The notes under the pieces were generated by a model. The model searched no databases and had not been told where the DNA came from. It saw only the letters and a list, made by a program, of their open reading frames with translations. 64,000 bases of DNA from Escherichia phage WG01, in the sequence record NC_031928.1; one strand, written 5' to 3'. Shown piece after piece: positions 19,570 through 29,561 of this stretch (positions are counted from its first letter, which is position 1; each line of letters opens with the position of its first letter). The translations under genes were made by a program, and so were the position numbers.

Positions 19570-20735
19570 GTTCAAAAACTATGCAACGTGAAGGCTTTCC
19601 TAATATTAGTATACGCCTTTACGAAGATTATGACGCCTGGTTAGAGCATCGTTTTGTTGAACTAGGCGCGACATTTACTACTCTAACAATGCGAGATGGG
19701 CTTTACGGTAGTAATGAAGGGTTGCTTCAGTTTTATGATGCAAAGAACCTTCATACTAAAATGGATGGTGAGCAGATTATTCAAATTTCTGTTAAGAATG
19801 CTAACTCTGAACGTACCCAATCAAGAATTTATGGAAGTAAACACTTTGCTGTAGGAGTGGATTCGAAGGGCGACAATATCATAACAATACAACTCGCCCC
19901 AATCCACTTTTTAGAGAATCTTAAATTTAGTCGTATGTTCTTCCCGAGTGTTCAAGAAACATTAACTGAAATGATTGGTGTTATTTATCAAGACCGTCCG
20001 CTTCTTGCTCCTCCTTTGAACGGGATAAACGTTTACGTTCCTAATGTTCCTTGGTGTGATTCAATGGACCGTTATATGGAATTTGTACGAGAAGTAGGTA
20101 TGGCCGTTGAATCTGATAAATTTGTATTTGTCTGGGAAGATATAGATGGTATTTCTATCATGGACTACGAATTTATGGTTAACCAAGAGCCTATTAATTT
20201 TGTAGTGGGTGAGCCGCGATTAATAGGTCAATACGTTCAAGATATGGATACACCTATCGCATTTGATTTTGAATGGTTAACTAAAGCCAACCAACATTCC
20301 AGAAAACCATATGAAAACGCTACTGTATACGCCCACTCTTTCTTAGACAAAAACGCCACACGAATTACTTTTGGTGACGGGCAAAACAGTATATTGGTTT
20401 CTCGCTCCGGTGGATATTCTGATTATACCTACCGAAACGGTTTTGAAGAAGCCGATAGATTAGTTACTATGGCCCAATACGATGGATACGCTCATTGTAA
20501 GGTATATGGTAACTTTGAACTAACTCCAGGCGATAAGATTAATTTCTATGACCCTAAAAACCAATTCCAGTACGATTTTTATGTAGACGAAGTTATTCAT
20601 GAAGTGAGTAACAATACATCAATTACAAACCTTTATATGTTTACTAATGGTAAGCCTATTAAGATTGAAGAACCGCCGAAGGTTAAAAATGAACTTAAAA
20701 CTGATACTCCCGATCAAGAAAATAACGCTGGGTGA
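19566..20735 (+). CDS. 27: baseplate hub subunit
   Basis: 389 aa; ATGA overlap with gene 51 stop. Confidence 0.88.
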   Translation: MSSKTMQREGFPNISIRLYEDYDAWLEHRFVELGATFTTLTMRDGLYGSNEGLLQFYDAKNLHTKMDGEQIIQISVKNANSERTQSRIYGSKHFAVGVDSKGDNIITIQLAPIHFLENLKFSRMFFPSVQETLTEMIGVIYQDRPLLAPPLNGINVYVPNVPWCDSMDRYMEFVREVGMAVESDKFVFVWEDIDGISIMDYEFMVNQEPINFVVGEPRLIGQYVQDMDTPIAFDFEWLTKANQHSRKPYENATVYAHSFLDKNATRITFGDGQNSILVSRSGGYSDYTYRNGFEEADRLVTMAQYDGYAHCKVYGNFELTPGDKINFYDPKNQFQYDFYVDEVIHEVSNNTSITNLYMFTNGKPIKIEEPPKVKNELKTDTPDQENNAG

Positions 20736-21216
20736 CAAAGAGATTTCCATTCCTAAATTGGGTCTTAAACACCAGAAATTGGTTAAAGATGAAAAGGACC
20801 CTTACAAGGCCCTCTATATGACAATGGAATCCATTTGTAAAGGACTGTCTGCAGCAGAAACAGATTTTGCTGCTTTACACCTTTTAGAATTCAACGGACG
20901 ATTAAAAGAAAAAGTAACTAAAGATGGATTCACATATAATTTAAATGACCTTTATATTTGCCAACGACTTGAATTCCAGTTCCAAGGTAAAACGTTTAAA
21001 TTTAAATCACATGAACCATTTCAAACATTTGGTCCTGTTGATAGTGTACTACAATCTCTTTATCTTGGTGATGATGTACCAGATTTTCTGGATATGCCTG
21101 CCTTTGTTGCTACATGGGCCGACGATATAACTTCTACTGTAGCTATCCCTGGTCCTAATGGTCCTATCAAAGGATTGCTTAAAATCATGGATATCTTAAA
21201 TGAAGAACGAATCTAA
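20689..21216 (+). CDS. 28: baseplate hub distal subunit
   Basis: Internal ATG 20689 chosen (175 aa; T4 gp28 177 aa); start uncertain, may be 20647. Confidence 0.7.
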   Translation: MNLKLILPIKKITLGDKEISIPKLGLKHQKLVKDEKDPYKALYMTMESICKGLSAAETDFAALHLLEFNGRLKEKVTKDGFTYNLNDLYICQRLEFQFQGKTFKFKSHEPFQTFGPVDSVLQSLYLGDDVPDFLDMPAFVATWADDITSTVAIPGPNGPIKGLLKIMDILNEERI

Positions 21217-22936
21217 TCAGAATAGTTTTCGTCGCAATAAACTGATTGAAGAAATGGCTCCTCAGCGTCGTGCTGAGGCGCTAGCCCAAACTCAGAACGA
21301 CGAATTAGGAAATATATCAGATGTTTTATCCGATTCCCAGGCGGCGTCTGAATTGCTCTCTGAAGTTGTTGAGACAAAGTCTAACCAGATTATTAATTCT
21401 GTAGACCGAGTAGACAAAAGCGTCCAAGATGTTGTCGCTGGAACAGAATTAACGGCCGAAGCCATATCAGAACAAACCCAACAGTCTAAAGCTCTTTCGG
21501 ATGCATTAAACGAAAAGATTAATAAGCTTTCTAATATGTTGGAGGCTAAATTTTCTGGTATTTCTATTCCACCGGAAGGGAGCTCATTAAAGGTTATTGA
21601 AGACTCTATTCCAGAAGAACCTAAGGCCGAAACTCCTAAAGTTCCTGCTGTTGTTGAAGATATTCTTCCACCTGAAGATAATAAACCTGACGCCGAATTT
21701 ATGCCTGAGCCTCCTAAAAATTCAGATGAAGGTAAAGAAGGTGATAAGACTTCTCTTTCTGATAAAATTGAAGCCCTTACTAAAATAACTGAAAAGGGAT
21801 TTAAAGCTTCTATAGGCGTCGCTGATAGAATTTCAGGCATGCTTTTTAAGTATACCATTACCGCTGCCGCTGAAGCTGCTAAACTCGCAGCAGGTTTAGT
21901 CCTTTTAATATTTGGTATAGATGCCATTCGCGTATACTTCCAATATTTCATGGACCAATTTGAGTCAGGGTGGAAAGAATTTAACGATAAGTTTAAAGAG
22001 TGGGGACCATTACTTGAAGGGCTAATGACATGGGCCAAGAATGCTGAAGCCATGTTTAGTGAAGGAAACTGGTTAGGTCTGGCTGAAGCTATTATTCGTG
22101 GTATGGTTAATCTTACCAAAAATATGGCACAACTTTTAATGCTTGGTATTTCTAAGTTGATTTCTGCTATTTTAAGTAAAATACCTGGTATGGGTGATTT
22201 AGCTGAAAACGTAGAGGCTTCTGCTTTAATGTCATATCAGCAAAATACCGGAGCCACTTTGGACGATGAAGACCAAACTAAAGTGGCCAAGTACCATGAT
22301 AGACGTTCAGCCGAGGCTTTAGAAACAGCCGAGAAAATGAATAAGAAGTATAAGGATAAACCTGAGCTTATAAACCAGGCAGAGAAATACGGTAATCTTA
22401 CTAAAGAACAAGCCGACCAATTACGCGCAGGTGGAATTGACACAAGCTTCCGTGACCTCCCTGAAGAAGAACGTTTAGAGTATTTCAAGAAACGTGATAA
22501 AGCTCAGGCTGATATTATTCGTTTGACACAAACCGCTGATAATATAATGAAGCCAGATTCTAAAGATATCGAAAATGCTAAAGCATTTAAAGCTGATATC
22601 GAGAAACAATTGGCCGACCCTATTATGGCTAAAGGTGGGGCACCGAAAGACCTTAATATCCAGCAATTACTTGATAAGATGAATAAATCTTTAGAGAAAT
22701 TTAATGAAGCTGAAAAGCCTAAACCTGCTTCTGTAGCGGAATCTCCTGAAAATACCCAGGTTAAAAAGGTTGATGAGCAAATGAGAGCAAAGGAAAATGC
22801 TAAATATAGTCAGCAAGCTCCAACTCAAATAAATCAGCAAACGAATATCAAGAAAACGAGTAAGACAAGCTATAATATGCCTCCACAGTCCTCTACTCCT
22901 GCTCCTGGTATGCGTCAAGCTACTAAAGTTAATTAG
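21200..22936 (+). CDS. 29: baseplate hub subunit / tail length determinator
   Basis: 578 aa, size and position as T4 gp29. Confidence 0.85.
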   Translation: MKNESNQNSFRRNKLIEEMAPQRRAEALAQTQNDELGNISDVLSDSQAASELLSEVVETKSNQIINSVDRVDKSVQDVVAGTELTAEAISEQTQQSKALSDALNEKINKLSNMLEAKFSGISIPPEGSSLKVIEDSIPEEPKAETPKVPAVVEDILPPEDNKPDAEFMPEPPKNSDEGKEGDKTSLSDKIEALTKITEKGFKASIGVADRISGMLFKYTITAAAEAAKLAAGLVLLIFGIDAIRVYFQYFMDQFESGWKEFNDKFKEWGPLLEGLMTWAKNAEAMFSEGNWLGLAEAIIRGMVNLTKNMAQLLMLGISKLISAILSKIPGMGDLAENVEASALMSYQQNTGATLDDEDQTKVAKYHDRRSAEALETAEKMNKKYKDKPELINQAEKYGNLTKEQADQLRAGGIDTSFRDLPEEERLEYFKKRDKAQADIIRLTQTADNIMKPDSKDIENAKAFKADIEKQLADPIMAKGGAPKDLNIQQLLDKMNKSLEKFNEAEKPKPASVAESPENTQVKKVDEQMRAKENAKYSQQAPTQINQQTNIKKTSKTSYNMPPQSSTPAPGMRQATKVN

Positions 22937-22944
22937 GATTAATA

Positions 22945-24033
22945 ATGAAAGTAAAAGAACTTGACTTTGATGTAGCCTCCTTGTTTAAAGGAGGTTCAAA
23001 GACCTCCGCAGGTCAATCTAAAACACCACCAATAAAAACCACGGTAACCGCTCAGTATCCAGCTGAGCGGGCTTCAGGTAATGATACCTCAACCGATATG
23101 GTATTAAACGACCTCTATAAAAATGGATTGCTTTTTACCGCATATAATTTTAGTTCTCGTGTATCTCCGGATTTGCGTAACGACCGTTCGAGTCAAATGA
23201 CTAAAAAGTTCTCAAGTGCAGCCAGCAAATTAACAGGCAATAGTGGAACATATAGTGCTGTTAAAAACTTATTTGGTGGAAATACTAAGGGCGTTAAATT
23301 TGATACCCAAGCCTTAGCTAATATCCTTTTACCTCGTTCTAAATCTGATGTGGATTCCGTATCACACAAATTTAATGATGTTGGTGAGTCCTTAATTACT
23401 AAAGGCGGTGGTACTGCTACAGGTATTTTAAGTAACGTTGCTAGTACCGCGGTATTTGGTGCATTAGAATCTGTGACTAACGGCGTAATGGCTGATTCAG
23501 GCGAACAGATATACACTACAGCTCGTAGTATGTACGCCGGTCCGGATAACCGTACTAAGGTATTCACTTGGGAAATGACTCCACGAAATGCCCAAGACCT
23601 TATCCAGATTATTAAAATATACGAAATCTTCAACTATTATTCTTACGGCGAAACGGGTAATTCGGCTTTCGCAGGTGAATTAAAAGAGAAGATTGATACT
23701 TGGTATCGTTCTACATTTAAAAAAGAAGCTATTGACAAGTTTGATGGTAAGCTATTAGGGGAAAGTATTACAAGCTTCCTTTCTAATGTTATTGTGGTAA
23801 GTAACCCAACCATTTGGTATATCCGAAACTTTGGTGATAGCAGTTCATATGATGGTCGTGAAGATATTTTTGGCCCATGCCAAATCCAGAGTATCCGTTT
23901 TGATAAAACTCCGGACGGCCATTTTAACGGATTGGCTATTGCTCCTAACTTACCATCTACGTTTAGTTTAGAAGTTACTTTCCGTGAAATTATTACTCTG
24001 AACCGTGGCTCACTTTATACGGAAGGATTCTAA
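22945..24033 (+). CDS. 48: baseplate tail tube cap
   Basis: 362 aa, position and size as T4 gp48. Confidence 0.85.
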   Translation: MKVKELDFDVASLFKGGSKTSAGQSKTPPIKTTVTAQYPAERASGNDTSTDMVLNDLYKNGLLFTAYNFSSRVSPDLRNDRSSQMTKKFSSAASKLTGNSGTYSAVKNLFGGNTKGVKFDTQALANILLPRSKSDVDSVSHKFNDVGESLITKGGGTATGILSNVASTAVFGALESVTNGVMADSGEQIYTTARSMYAGPDNRTKVFTWEMTPRNAQDLIQIIKIYEIFNYYSYGETGNSAFAGELKEKIDTWYRSTFKKEAIDKFDGKLLGESITSFLSNVIVVSNPTIWYIRNFGDSSSYDGREDIFGPCQIQSIRFDKTPDGHFNGLAIAPNLPSTFSLEVTFREIITLNRGSLYTEGF

Positions 24034-24962
24034 TGTATACTTTACAAGAATTTCAGAATCAGGCAATTAATATTGACCTACAAAGGAATAACCTGTTTAG
24101 TGTGGTATTTGCCACAGTTCCTTCTTCTAAATCTCAGACGCTCCTCGACCAGTTCGGTGGAGCTTTATTTAACAATATCCCATTGAATAGCGATTTGTTT
24201 GGTATTACACAAGGAGAGTTGACCCAAGGTGTTACGACATTAGTGACAGCGGGCACTCAGAAGTTGATTCGTAAGTCAGGCATAAGTAAATATTTGATTG
24301 GAGCTATGTCATCCAGGGTTGTGCAGAGCTTACTAGGAGAGTTTGAAGTAGGTACATATCTGATGGATTTTTTCAATATGGCCTATCCTACGGCAGGTCT
24401 TTTAGTCCACGCCGTTAAAATCCCGGATAATACTTTGAACTATGAAATGGATTTGAACCACAACTCACCTAACATCAAAATTACCGGAAGAGAATATTCT
24501 CCATTAGTATTAAGCTTCCGTATGGATTCTGAAGCTGCTAACTACCGTGCTTTTAATGATTGGGTCAATAGTGTTCAAGACCCTATTACACAATTAAGAG
24601 CATTACCGGAGGATGTTGAAGCTGACATTCAAGTCAACCTTCATTCCCGTAATGGATTACCCCATACAGTAGTAATGCTTAATGGTTGCGTTCCAATGAG
24701 CGTATCTTCCCCGGAATTATCTTACGACGGTGATAACCAAATTGCTTCATTTGATGTTACATTTGCTTATAGAAGTGTACAGACTGGTGCAGTTGGCAAA
24801 CAAGCTGCTTATGAATGGTTGGAAGATAAAGTCCTTAAAGGCGTGGCGGGTATAAGTGAGAGCAATTCCCTGAGTTCTTCAGTAGCTAAATTAAGCCGAC
24901 TTTCAGGAGCTTCTAGTGGATTAACAGGATTGGTTAATAGTGGAATATCGAGGTTGTTATAA
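24033..24962 (+). CDS. 54: baseplate tail tube initiator
   Basis: 309 aa; TAATG coupled to 48; palindromic terminator follows. Confidence 0.85.
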   Translation: MYTLQEFQNQAINIDLQRNNLFSVVFATVPSSKSQTLLDQFGGALFNNIPLNSDLFGITQGELTQGVTTLVTAGTQKLIRKSGISKYLIGAMSSRVVQSLLGEFEVGTYLMDFFNMAYPTAGLLVHAVKIPDNTLNYEMDLNHNSPNIKITGREYSPLVLSFRMDSEAANYRAFNDWVNSVQDPITQLRALPEDVEADIQVNLHSRNGLPHTVVMLNGCVPMSVSSPELSYDGDNQIASFDVTFAYRSVQTGAVGKQAAYEWLEDKVLKGVAGISESNSLSSSVAKLSRLSGASSGLTGLVNSGISRLL

Positions 24963-24969
24963 CAAAAAA

Positions 24970-24987
24970 GGAGAGCATATGCTCTCC
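24970..24987. terminator. bidirectional terminator between gene 54 and the alt block
   Basis: Perfect palindrome GGAGAGC-ATAT-GCTCTCC flanked by A-run and T-run. Confidence 0.7.
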
Positions 24988-24996
24988 TTTAGGGGT

Positions 24997-25287
24997 TTAT
25001 TTACGGAACGAAATGAAACCTGCTGTGGTCATTAGTGGTTGCTTTTTAACAAACACCGTAACCGAAATAGGAGCTTCGGATTCGAGTTGTCCTGTCACTA
25101 CACCGTTAAAAATGTTTTCGGTTTGTTCTGGATAAGAAAAATTCTCAACAGGTCGGATATCAAACTGTTTGTCTTCACCGAAAACTCGACGTAATTCATT
25201 ACCCACTGCACTGTCAAACTCTTCAGAAGCAGGGATAACGTTTTCAACTACCAGTTCTTGACCATTAAAACGGAATGCAGATTTCAT
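24997..25287 (-). CDS. hypothetical protein (96 aa) downstream of the alt cluster
   Basis: Minus-strand ORF between the bidirectional terminator and the alt cluster. Confidence 0.5.
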   Translation of the reverse strand: MKSAFRFNGQELVVENVIPASEEFDSAVGNELRRVFGEDKQFDIRPVENFSYPEQTENIFNGVVTGQLESEAPISVTVFVKKQPLMTTAGFISFRK

Positions 25288-25344
25288 AATGTTCTCCTCA
25301 TGTTTGTGTAAGGTAATAGTACCACATCCTTGTGGTGTTGTAAA

Positions 25345-27468
25345 CTACATTTTGAATTTATTTGATAAAGAAGAGATATCCAAAGACGCTGCAAGGATTT
25401 CCATAGCCTCGTTGCTTTCAGAAACAGATTCATTAACCAAGAATTGACTGAACCCATCCATCAGGCGAACTTCACCAGTTTCCATCAAATGGTCACCATC
25501 GTAAACAGATTCGCTGAGCTCTGAAGGAGGTGTTACGGTAGCTTCCATAAGGTATTTGTGAGATACTCTATCATTCATGGCAAAAGCCGCTACTTTATCA
25601 ACCTTCAACAATAATCCACGCGGAAGGATAATTTCTGCTTCTTCGGCATATTCTGTAAGGTCACCAGGAGCGATAACTTTAACTGCTTCAGCACCTCGAA
25701 TAACCATACCAATTTCAGCAATTCTATCTGCAGGACCTTCAGGTGCAATTGGATTACCAAACTCGTCTTCTTCCCATTCTACCTCTTCGTCATCGACTTC
25801 ACCTACATCAGATGAACTACCACTAGCCAATTTAAACAACTCATCAGCGGAGGATAAAGAACCTTCACCGCCAACAAAAACGGCTTGGTTGTCGAGGGCC
25901 ATATAATTTTTACCAAATTCACCAAAGATGTTAGGTTTTAGTGAGGCTGACACAAAGTTCTTAAAGTAAAATGTTTTGTTATCGATATTATGGCGCAGAA
26001 TTTTGTATGGCAAATCCTGACCACGATACAAAATAGTACCCTTAGGAAGTTTAATACCCTTAGTAAATGCCGAGTCTAAATCCTTAATCAATTTAATAGC
26101 CGTTGTATTGTTTTCGGATTCAGGTTTACCTAAAAGGAATAAGTTCATAGGAGCATATTCAGCCGCGCAATATTCAATAATAGCATTGCTTTCGTCTTTG
26201 GTTAGGTCCTTAGGTTTAATGAGCTCGCCTGAATAAGCATATGCATCACTAATAGAATCGTTAACCAGTTTATAAACGGCTTCCATAGCGAAAGCAATTC
26301 TAGATGCTTTCTCTGAAGGGGAACCCTTAAAACGGGTACTCAGGTTATTAACAATTTTCTTAATAATATCCAGACTATTGGTTGTATTGATTTGCGAAAG
26401 GCCACTTAAAAGTCTATCGACTTCTGTATTAAAAAATGCCATATTATTAGAGTAAATTTCAAACCCTTGTTTATCTCTATTAGCATAATTTAGTTTAAAT
26501 TTACTATCAGTCATTAAAGCGTGTGTGAGAGCAATAGTGTATCTAAAGTTGGCAAGGTCCTCGCTCTTAGATTTAAACTGAGAAGCCTGACGCATTTTAG
26601 TAATGGCACCTTTTTTAAAGTTCTGACTAATCTGTTCAATACCTTCGTTCTCAGGGCCTTCAGCCGTGTGAACCGGTACAGAAGCTTCAAACTCGTTATA
26701 AACCTGCAATTCTTTAGGGGACAAAGTTTCAGGCTCAGCAGTAGAATACTGCGCCGCCGCTGCCATACGACGCGAAATCTTAGTACGAGTAATGACAGCC
26801 TTATCAGTACGTTTCTCTTCAACTTGTGCAATAGATGCCGCTACGGCTTCGACCTTACTTACAGCCTGGCCGGTTTTCTTAGAAACATACACTTCGCCAA
26901 CTTTAGACTCAACTTTAGTATAAAGATCGGCATTAATTTCAGGCATACCCTTGATATCTTCAATATTAGCACCACGACGTACTAAAAGAACGTAGGTATG
27001 TTTTCCGCTGAATTGGAACATGTCGTCAACAACTTTAAACTTACCACCGGTACGAGCCATAGCCAAGCGAGCTAATACGCGCTGAACGGTAGGACCTTTA
27101 CCTTTCATTTTCTTGGTAGGGAACCGGAAAAGAACTGCATCCATTTTAAGTTTGTTTACTTGTTCGTATACAGTATCAAAAATGGTATTCAGCGTACCAA
27201 GTGGGTCAGAACCTAACCCACCTTTCAACTCGGCTGGGCTACCCTTAGCAGACAAACTCATCAAAATAACATGAACATATTTGTCGCCCGGCTTAACCAT
27301 TTTAATAGCGTCTCCTTGAGACGCATAAGATACCATACGAGCAACCAGATTATCATTACCTGGTGCTTGGATAGAGAAAATCTGTGGAATACCGGAACCC
27401 GGTTTAAGATTTGTTACTGGATAGTTTTTAGCGGAATCACTATCAAAAACCTCATTTAAATTTTCCAT
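25345..27468 (-). CDS. alt: Alt-like ADP-ribosyltransferase, paralog 1
   Basis: 707 aa; conserved N-terminal ~230 aa shared with the two neighbours; C-terminal ART-like motifs YRGQ, FVSASL, EAEIILPRG. Confidence 0.85.
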   Translation of the reverse strand: MENLNEVFDSDSAKNYPVTNLKPGSGIPQIFSIQAPGNDNLVARMVSYASQGDAIKMVKPGDKYVHVILMSLSAKGSPAELKGGLGSDPLGTLNTIFDTVYEQVNKLKMDAVLFRFPTKKMKGKGPTVQRVLARLAMARTGGKFKVVDDMFQFSGKHTYVLLVRRGANIEDIKGMPEINADLYTKVESKVGEVYVSKKTGQAVSKVEAVAASIAQVEEKRTDKAVITRTKISRRMAAAAQYSTAEPETLSPKELQVYNEFEASVPVHTAEGPENEGIEQISQNFKKGAITKMRQASQFKSKSEDLANFRYTIALTHALMTDSKFKLNYANRDKQGFEIYSNNMAFFNTEVDRLLSGLSQINTTNSLDIIKKIVNNLSTRFKGSPSEKASRIAFAMEAVYKLVNDSISDAYAYSGELIKPKDLTKDESNAIIEYCAAEYAPMNLFLLGKPESENNTTAIKLIKDLDSAFTKGIKLPKGTILYRGQDLPYKILRHNIDNKTFYFKNFVSASLKPNIFGEFGKNYMALDNQAVFVGGEGSLSSADELFKLASGSSSDVGEVDDEEVEWEEDEFGNPIAPEGPADRIAEIGMVIRGAEAVKVIAPGDLTEYAEEAEIILPRGLLLKVDKVAAFAMNDRVSHKYLMEATVTPPSELSESVYDGDHLMETGEVRLMDGFSQFLVNESVSESNEAMEILAASLDISSLSNKFKM

Positions 27469-27471
27469 TAT

Positions 27472-29553
27472 TTACCCTTGGATGAATTTTTCTGGGATGT
27501 CATAGAGGTCTATGCATGAAGCCAAAAGAGGCAGTACATCAAACCGTGTAGATTTAACAAATGAATCAAAAGATAAGGGGCTTTCGGAAGTATCGAAGTC
27601 ATCTTGATATACGACCAACTCGCCGGTTTCCATTAGTACATCACCATCATATACCACAGATTCTTGAAGCTCATCTGTTGTCATAACTTCAGCTTGAATG
27701 AGTTTTGTATTACTAGATGTTGTTCCATCATTATTAGAAGCATCTGTTATTTTATTAACTTTGACCATTAATCCACGCGGTAGAATAACTTCAGCTTCAG
27801 TTGCTATTCCGAGATTTCCTGGATATACGACATTAACTTTATGGGCCCCATCAATAGCCCATCCTATTTGAACTTTAACATAATCAGGATTTTCTTTATA
27901 TGCTCTTATTTCATTAGGATTAATAGTTATTCCTTCTTCATTTTTATCAACTGTCAATTCGTTGCGAACTTCCGGTTCTAAAAGACCAATACCAGCGTGC
28001 GTAACACCAAAACGTCCGAAAATTATAGGAGTTAAAGAAGTAGATACAAAATTTCTAAAATAAAACACTTTATTTTTAACTAGTGCTTCGTATATAGGAG
28101 CAGTCATACTCTGGGCACGATAAACTGTAATGCCTTCCGGTATACGGTCACCATTTTCAAAAGCTGAATCTAAATTATTTACAGCGGATTCGATATCTTT
28201 TTCGCTCATAACCTCATAGTTCTGAGGATTATAACGTCCTAAAAGAAGATTATTTATGTCTGTATATCCTGAACCACAATATTCTCTGATACCACGCTTT
28301 TGTGATGGAGTATATTTAGAACCTTCACGAGCAATAGTAATATCAACCATAATACCACCACCCACACCAGCAAAACTATACACGCGTTTTTTAATGAACT
28401 TAGTCTTGGCTGCTTTCCACTTGGCCTCTGTCAATTCGTTCCAAAGGTCATCAGGTTGGCCTTTACGAGTTCTGTTATGGATAGCCAGCCACTCGCCTTT
28501 ATATTCTTCGAAAATGGTATTAATAGCAGAGGCATATTTTTCTAGAGCTTTAACAGATGTCAAAGGTTCGTTTTTTATTGCTGTAAGAATTTTCTCTTTA
28601 ATTTTCTCTTGGATTTCACCAATACCGTGAAGTGGGAACAATTTATAGTCGTAATGCAATTCTTCAGCAGTGCCTTCAGCTACTATATTAGCAACCTTAT
28701 TTTTAGCCGCAGGAGAATTGTTATTAGTAACCATTTCCTGAGCCTCAGGGATTAATGGAACTGTTGCCGGTTTATTAAAATCCGCTGCAGTAGCTTCATA
28801 TTTCTTAAACAATTCACTTTCATTACGATAAGATTCCAATGATTGGCTTGCTGCAATGGCGCGCCTAGAAATCTTAGTCTTGGTTATAACCATTTTATCA
28901 GTGCGACGTTCTTCAACCTTAGCAATACTACCGGCGATAGCAGTTTCTTTAGTAACCTGCACGCCTTCTTTTTTAGAAATATAAACTTCACCGACATCAG
29001 AATCTACCTTAGTATACAATTCAGCATTAATTCCAGGCATACCTTTGATATCTTCTATATCAGCTTGTTTACGAACTACCAGGATGTAAGTATGTTTACC
29101 GGTAAATTGGTACATAGCCGGAACTACTTTAAAACGTCCACCTGTTTTCTGTGCTACCAAACGTTGGATAATCCGTTGAACGATAGGGCCTTGACCTTTC
29201 ATTTTCTTAGTAGGGAAACGGAACATCACGGCATCCATACGAAGCTTTTTAACCTGTTCGAATACTACGTCGAAAATGGTATTAATAGCATCAATAGGAG
29301 TAGGGCCTAAGCCACCTTTAAGTTCTGCTGGAGTACCTTTAGCTGAAAGGCTCATAAGGATAACGTGGGCATATTTATCACCCATCTTAACCTGTTTAAT
29401 AGCATCGCCTTCAGAAGCATAGGATACCATACGTGCTACTAACTGAGACTCCGCGTCTCCAATCTTCCAAATCTGAGGTACTTTAAGTTTTGGGTTCAAG
29501 TTCACAACAGGCAGTGTACCTTCGGACTCGAACACTTCATTTAATTGGGTCAT
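27472..29553 (-). CDS. alt: Alt-like ADP-ribosyltransferase, paralog 2
   Basis: 693 aa; same architecture; motifs YRAQ, FVSTSL, EAEVILPRG. Confidence 0.85.
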   Translation of the reverse strand: MTQLNEVFESEGTLPVVNLNPKLKVPQIWKIGDAESQLVARMVSYASEGDAIKQVKMGDKYAHVILMSLSAKGTPAELKGGLGPTPIDAINTIFDVVFEQVKKLRMDAVMFRFPTKKMKGQGPIVQRIIQRLVAQKTGGRFKVVPAMYQFTGKHTYILVVRKQADIEDIKGMPGINAELYTKVDSDVGEVYISKKEGVQVTKETAIAGSIAKVEERRTDKMVITKTKISRRAIAASQSLESYRNESELFKKYEATAADFNKPATVPLIPEAQEMVTNNNSPAAKNKVANIVAEGTAEELHYDYKLFPLHGIGEIQEKIKEKILTAIKNEPLTSVKALEKYASAINTIFEEYKGEWLAIHNRTRKGQPDDLWNELTEAKWKAAKTKFIKKRVYSFAGVGGGIMVDITIAREGSKYTPSQKRGIREYCGSGYTDINNLLLGRYNPQNYEVMSEKDIESAVNNLDSAFENGDRIPEGITVYRAQSMTAPIYEALVKNKVFYFRNFVSTSLTPIIFGRFGVTHAGIGLLEPEVRNELTVDKNEEGITINPNEIRAYKENPDYVKVQIGWAIDGAHKVNVVYPGNLGIATEAEVILPRGLMVKVNKITDASNNDGTTSSNTKLIQAEVMTTDELQESVVYDGDVLMETGELVVYQDDFDTSESPLSFDSFVKSTRFDVLPLLASCIDLYDIPEKFIQG

Positions 29554-29561
29554 AATCTATC

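Noticed and set aside
21292-22119. 275-aa minus-strand ORF inside gene 29 (and similar antisense ORFs at 6820-7311 and in genes 34 and 37)
   Set aside because: Embedded antisense ORFs within well-supported structural genes; Ser/Leu-rich low-complexity products; no translation signals
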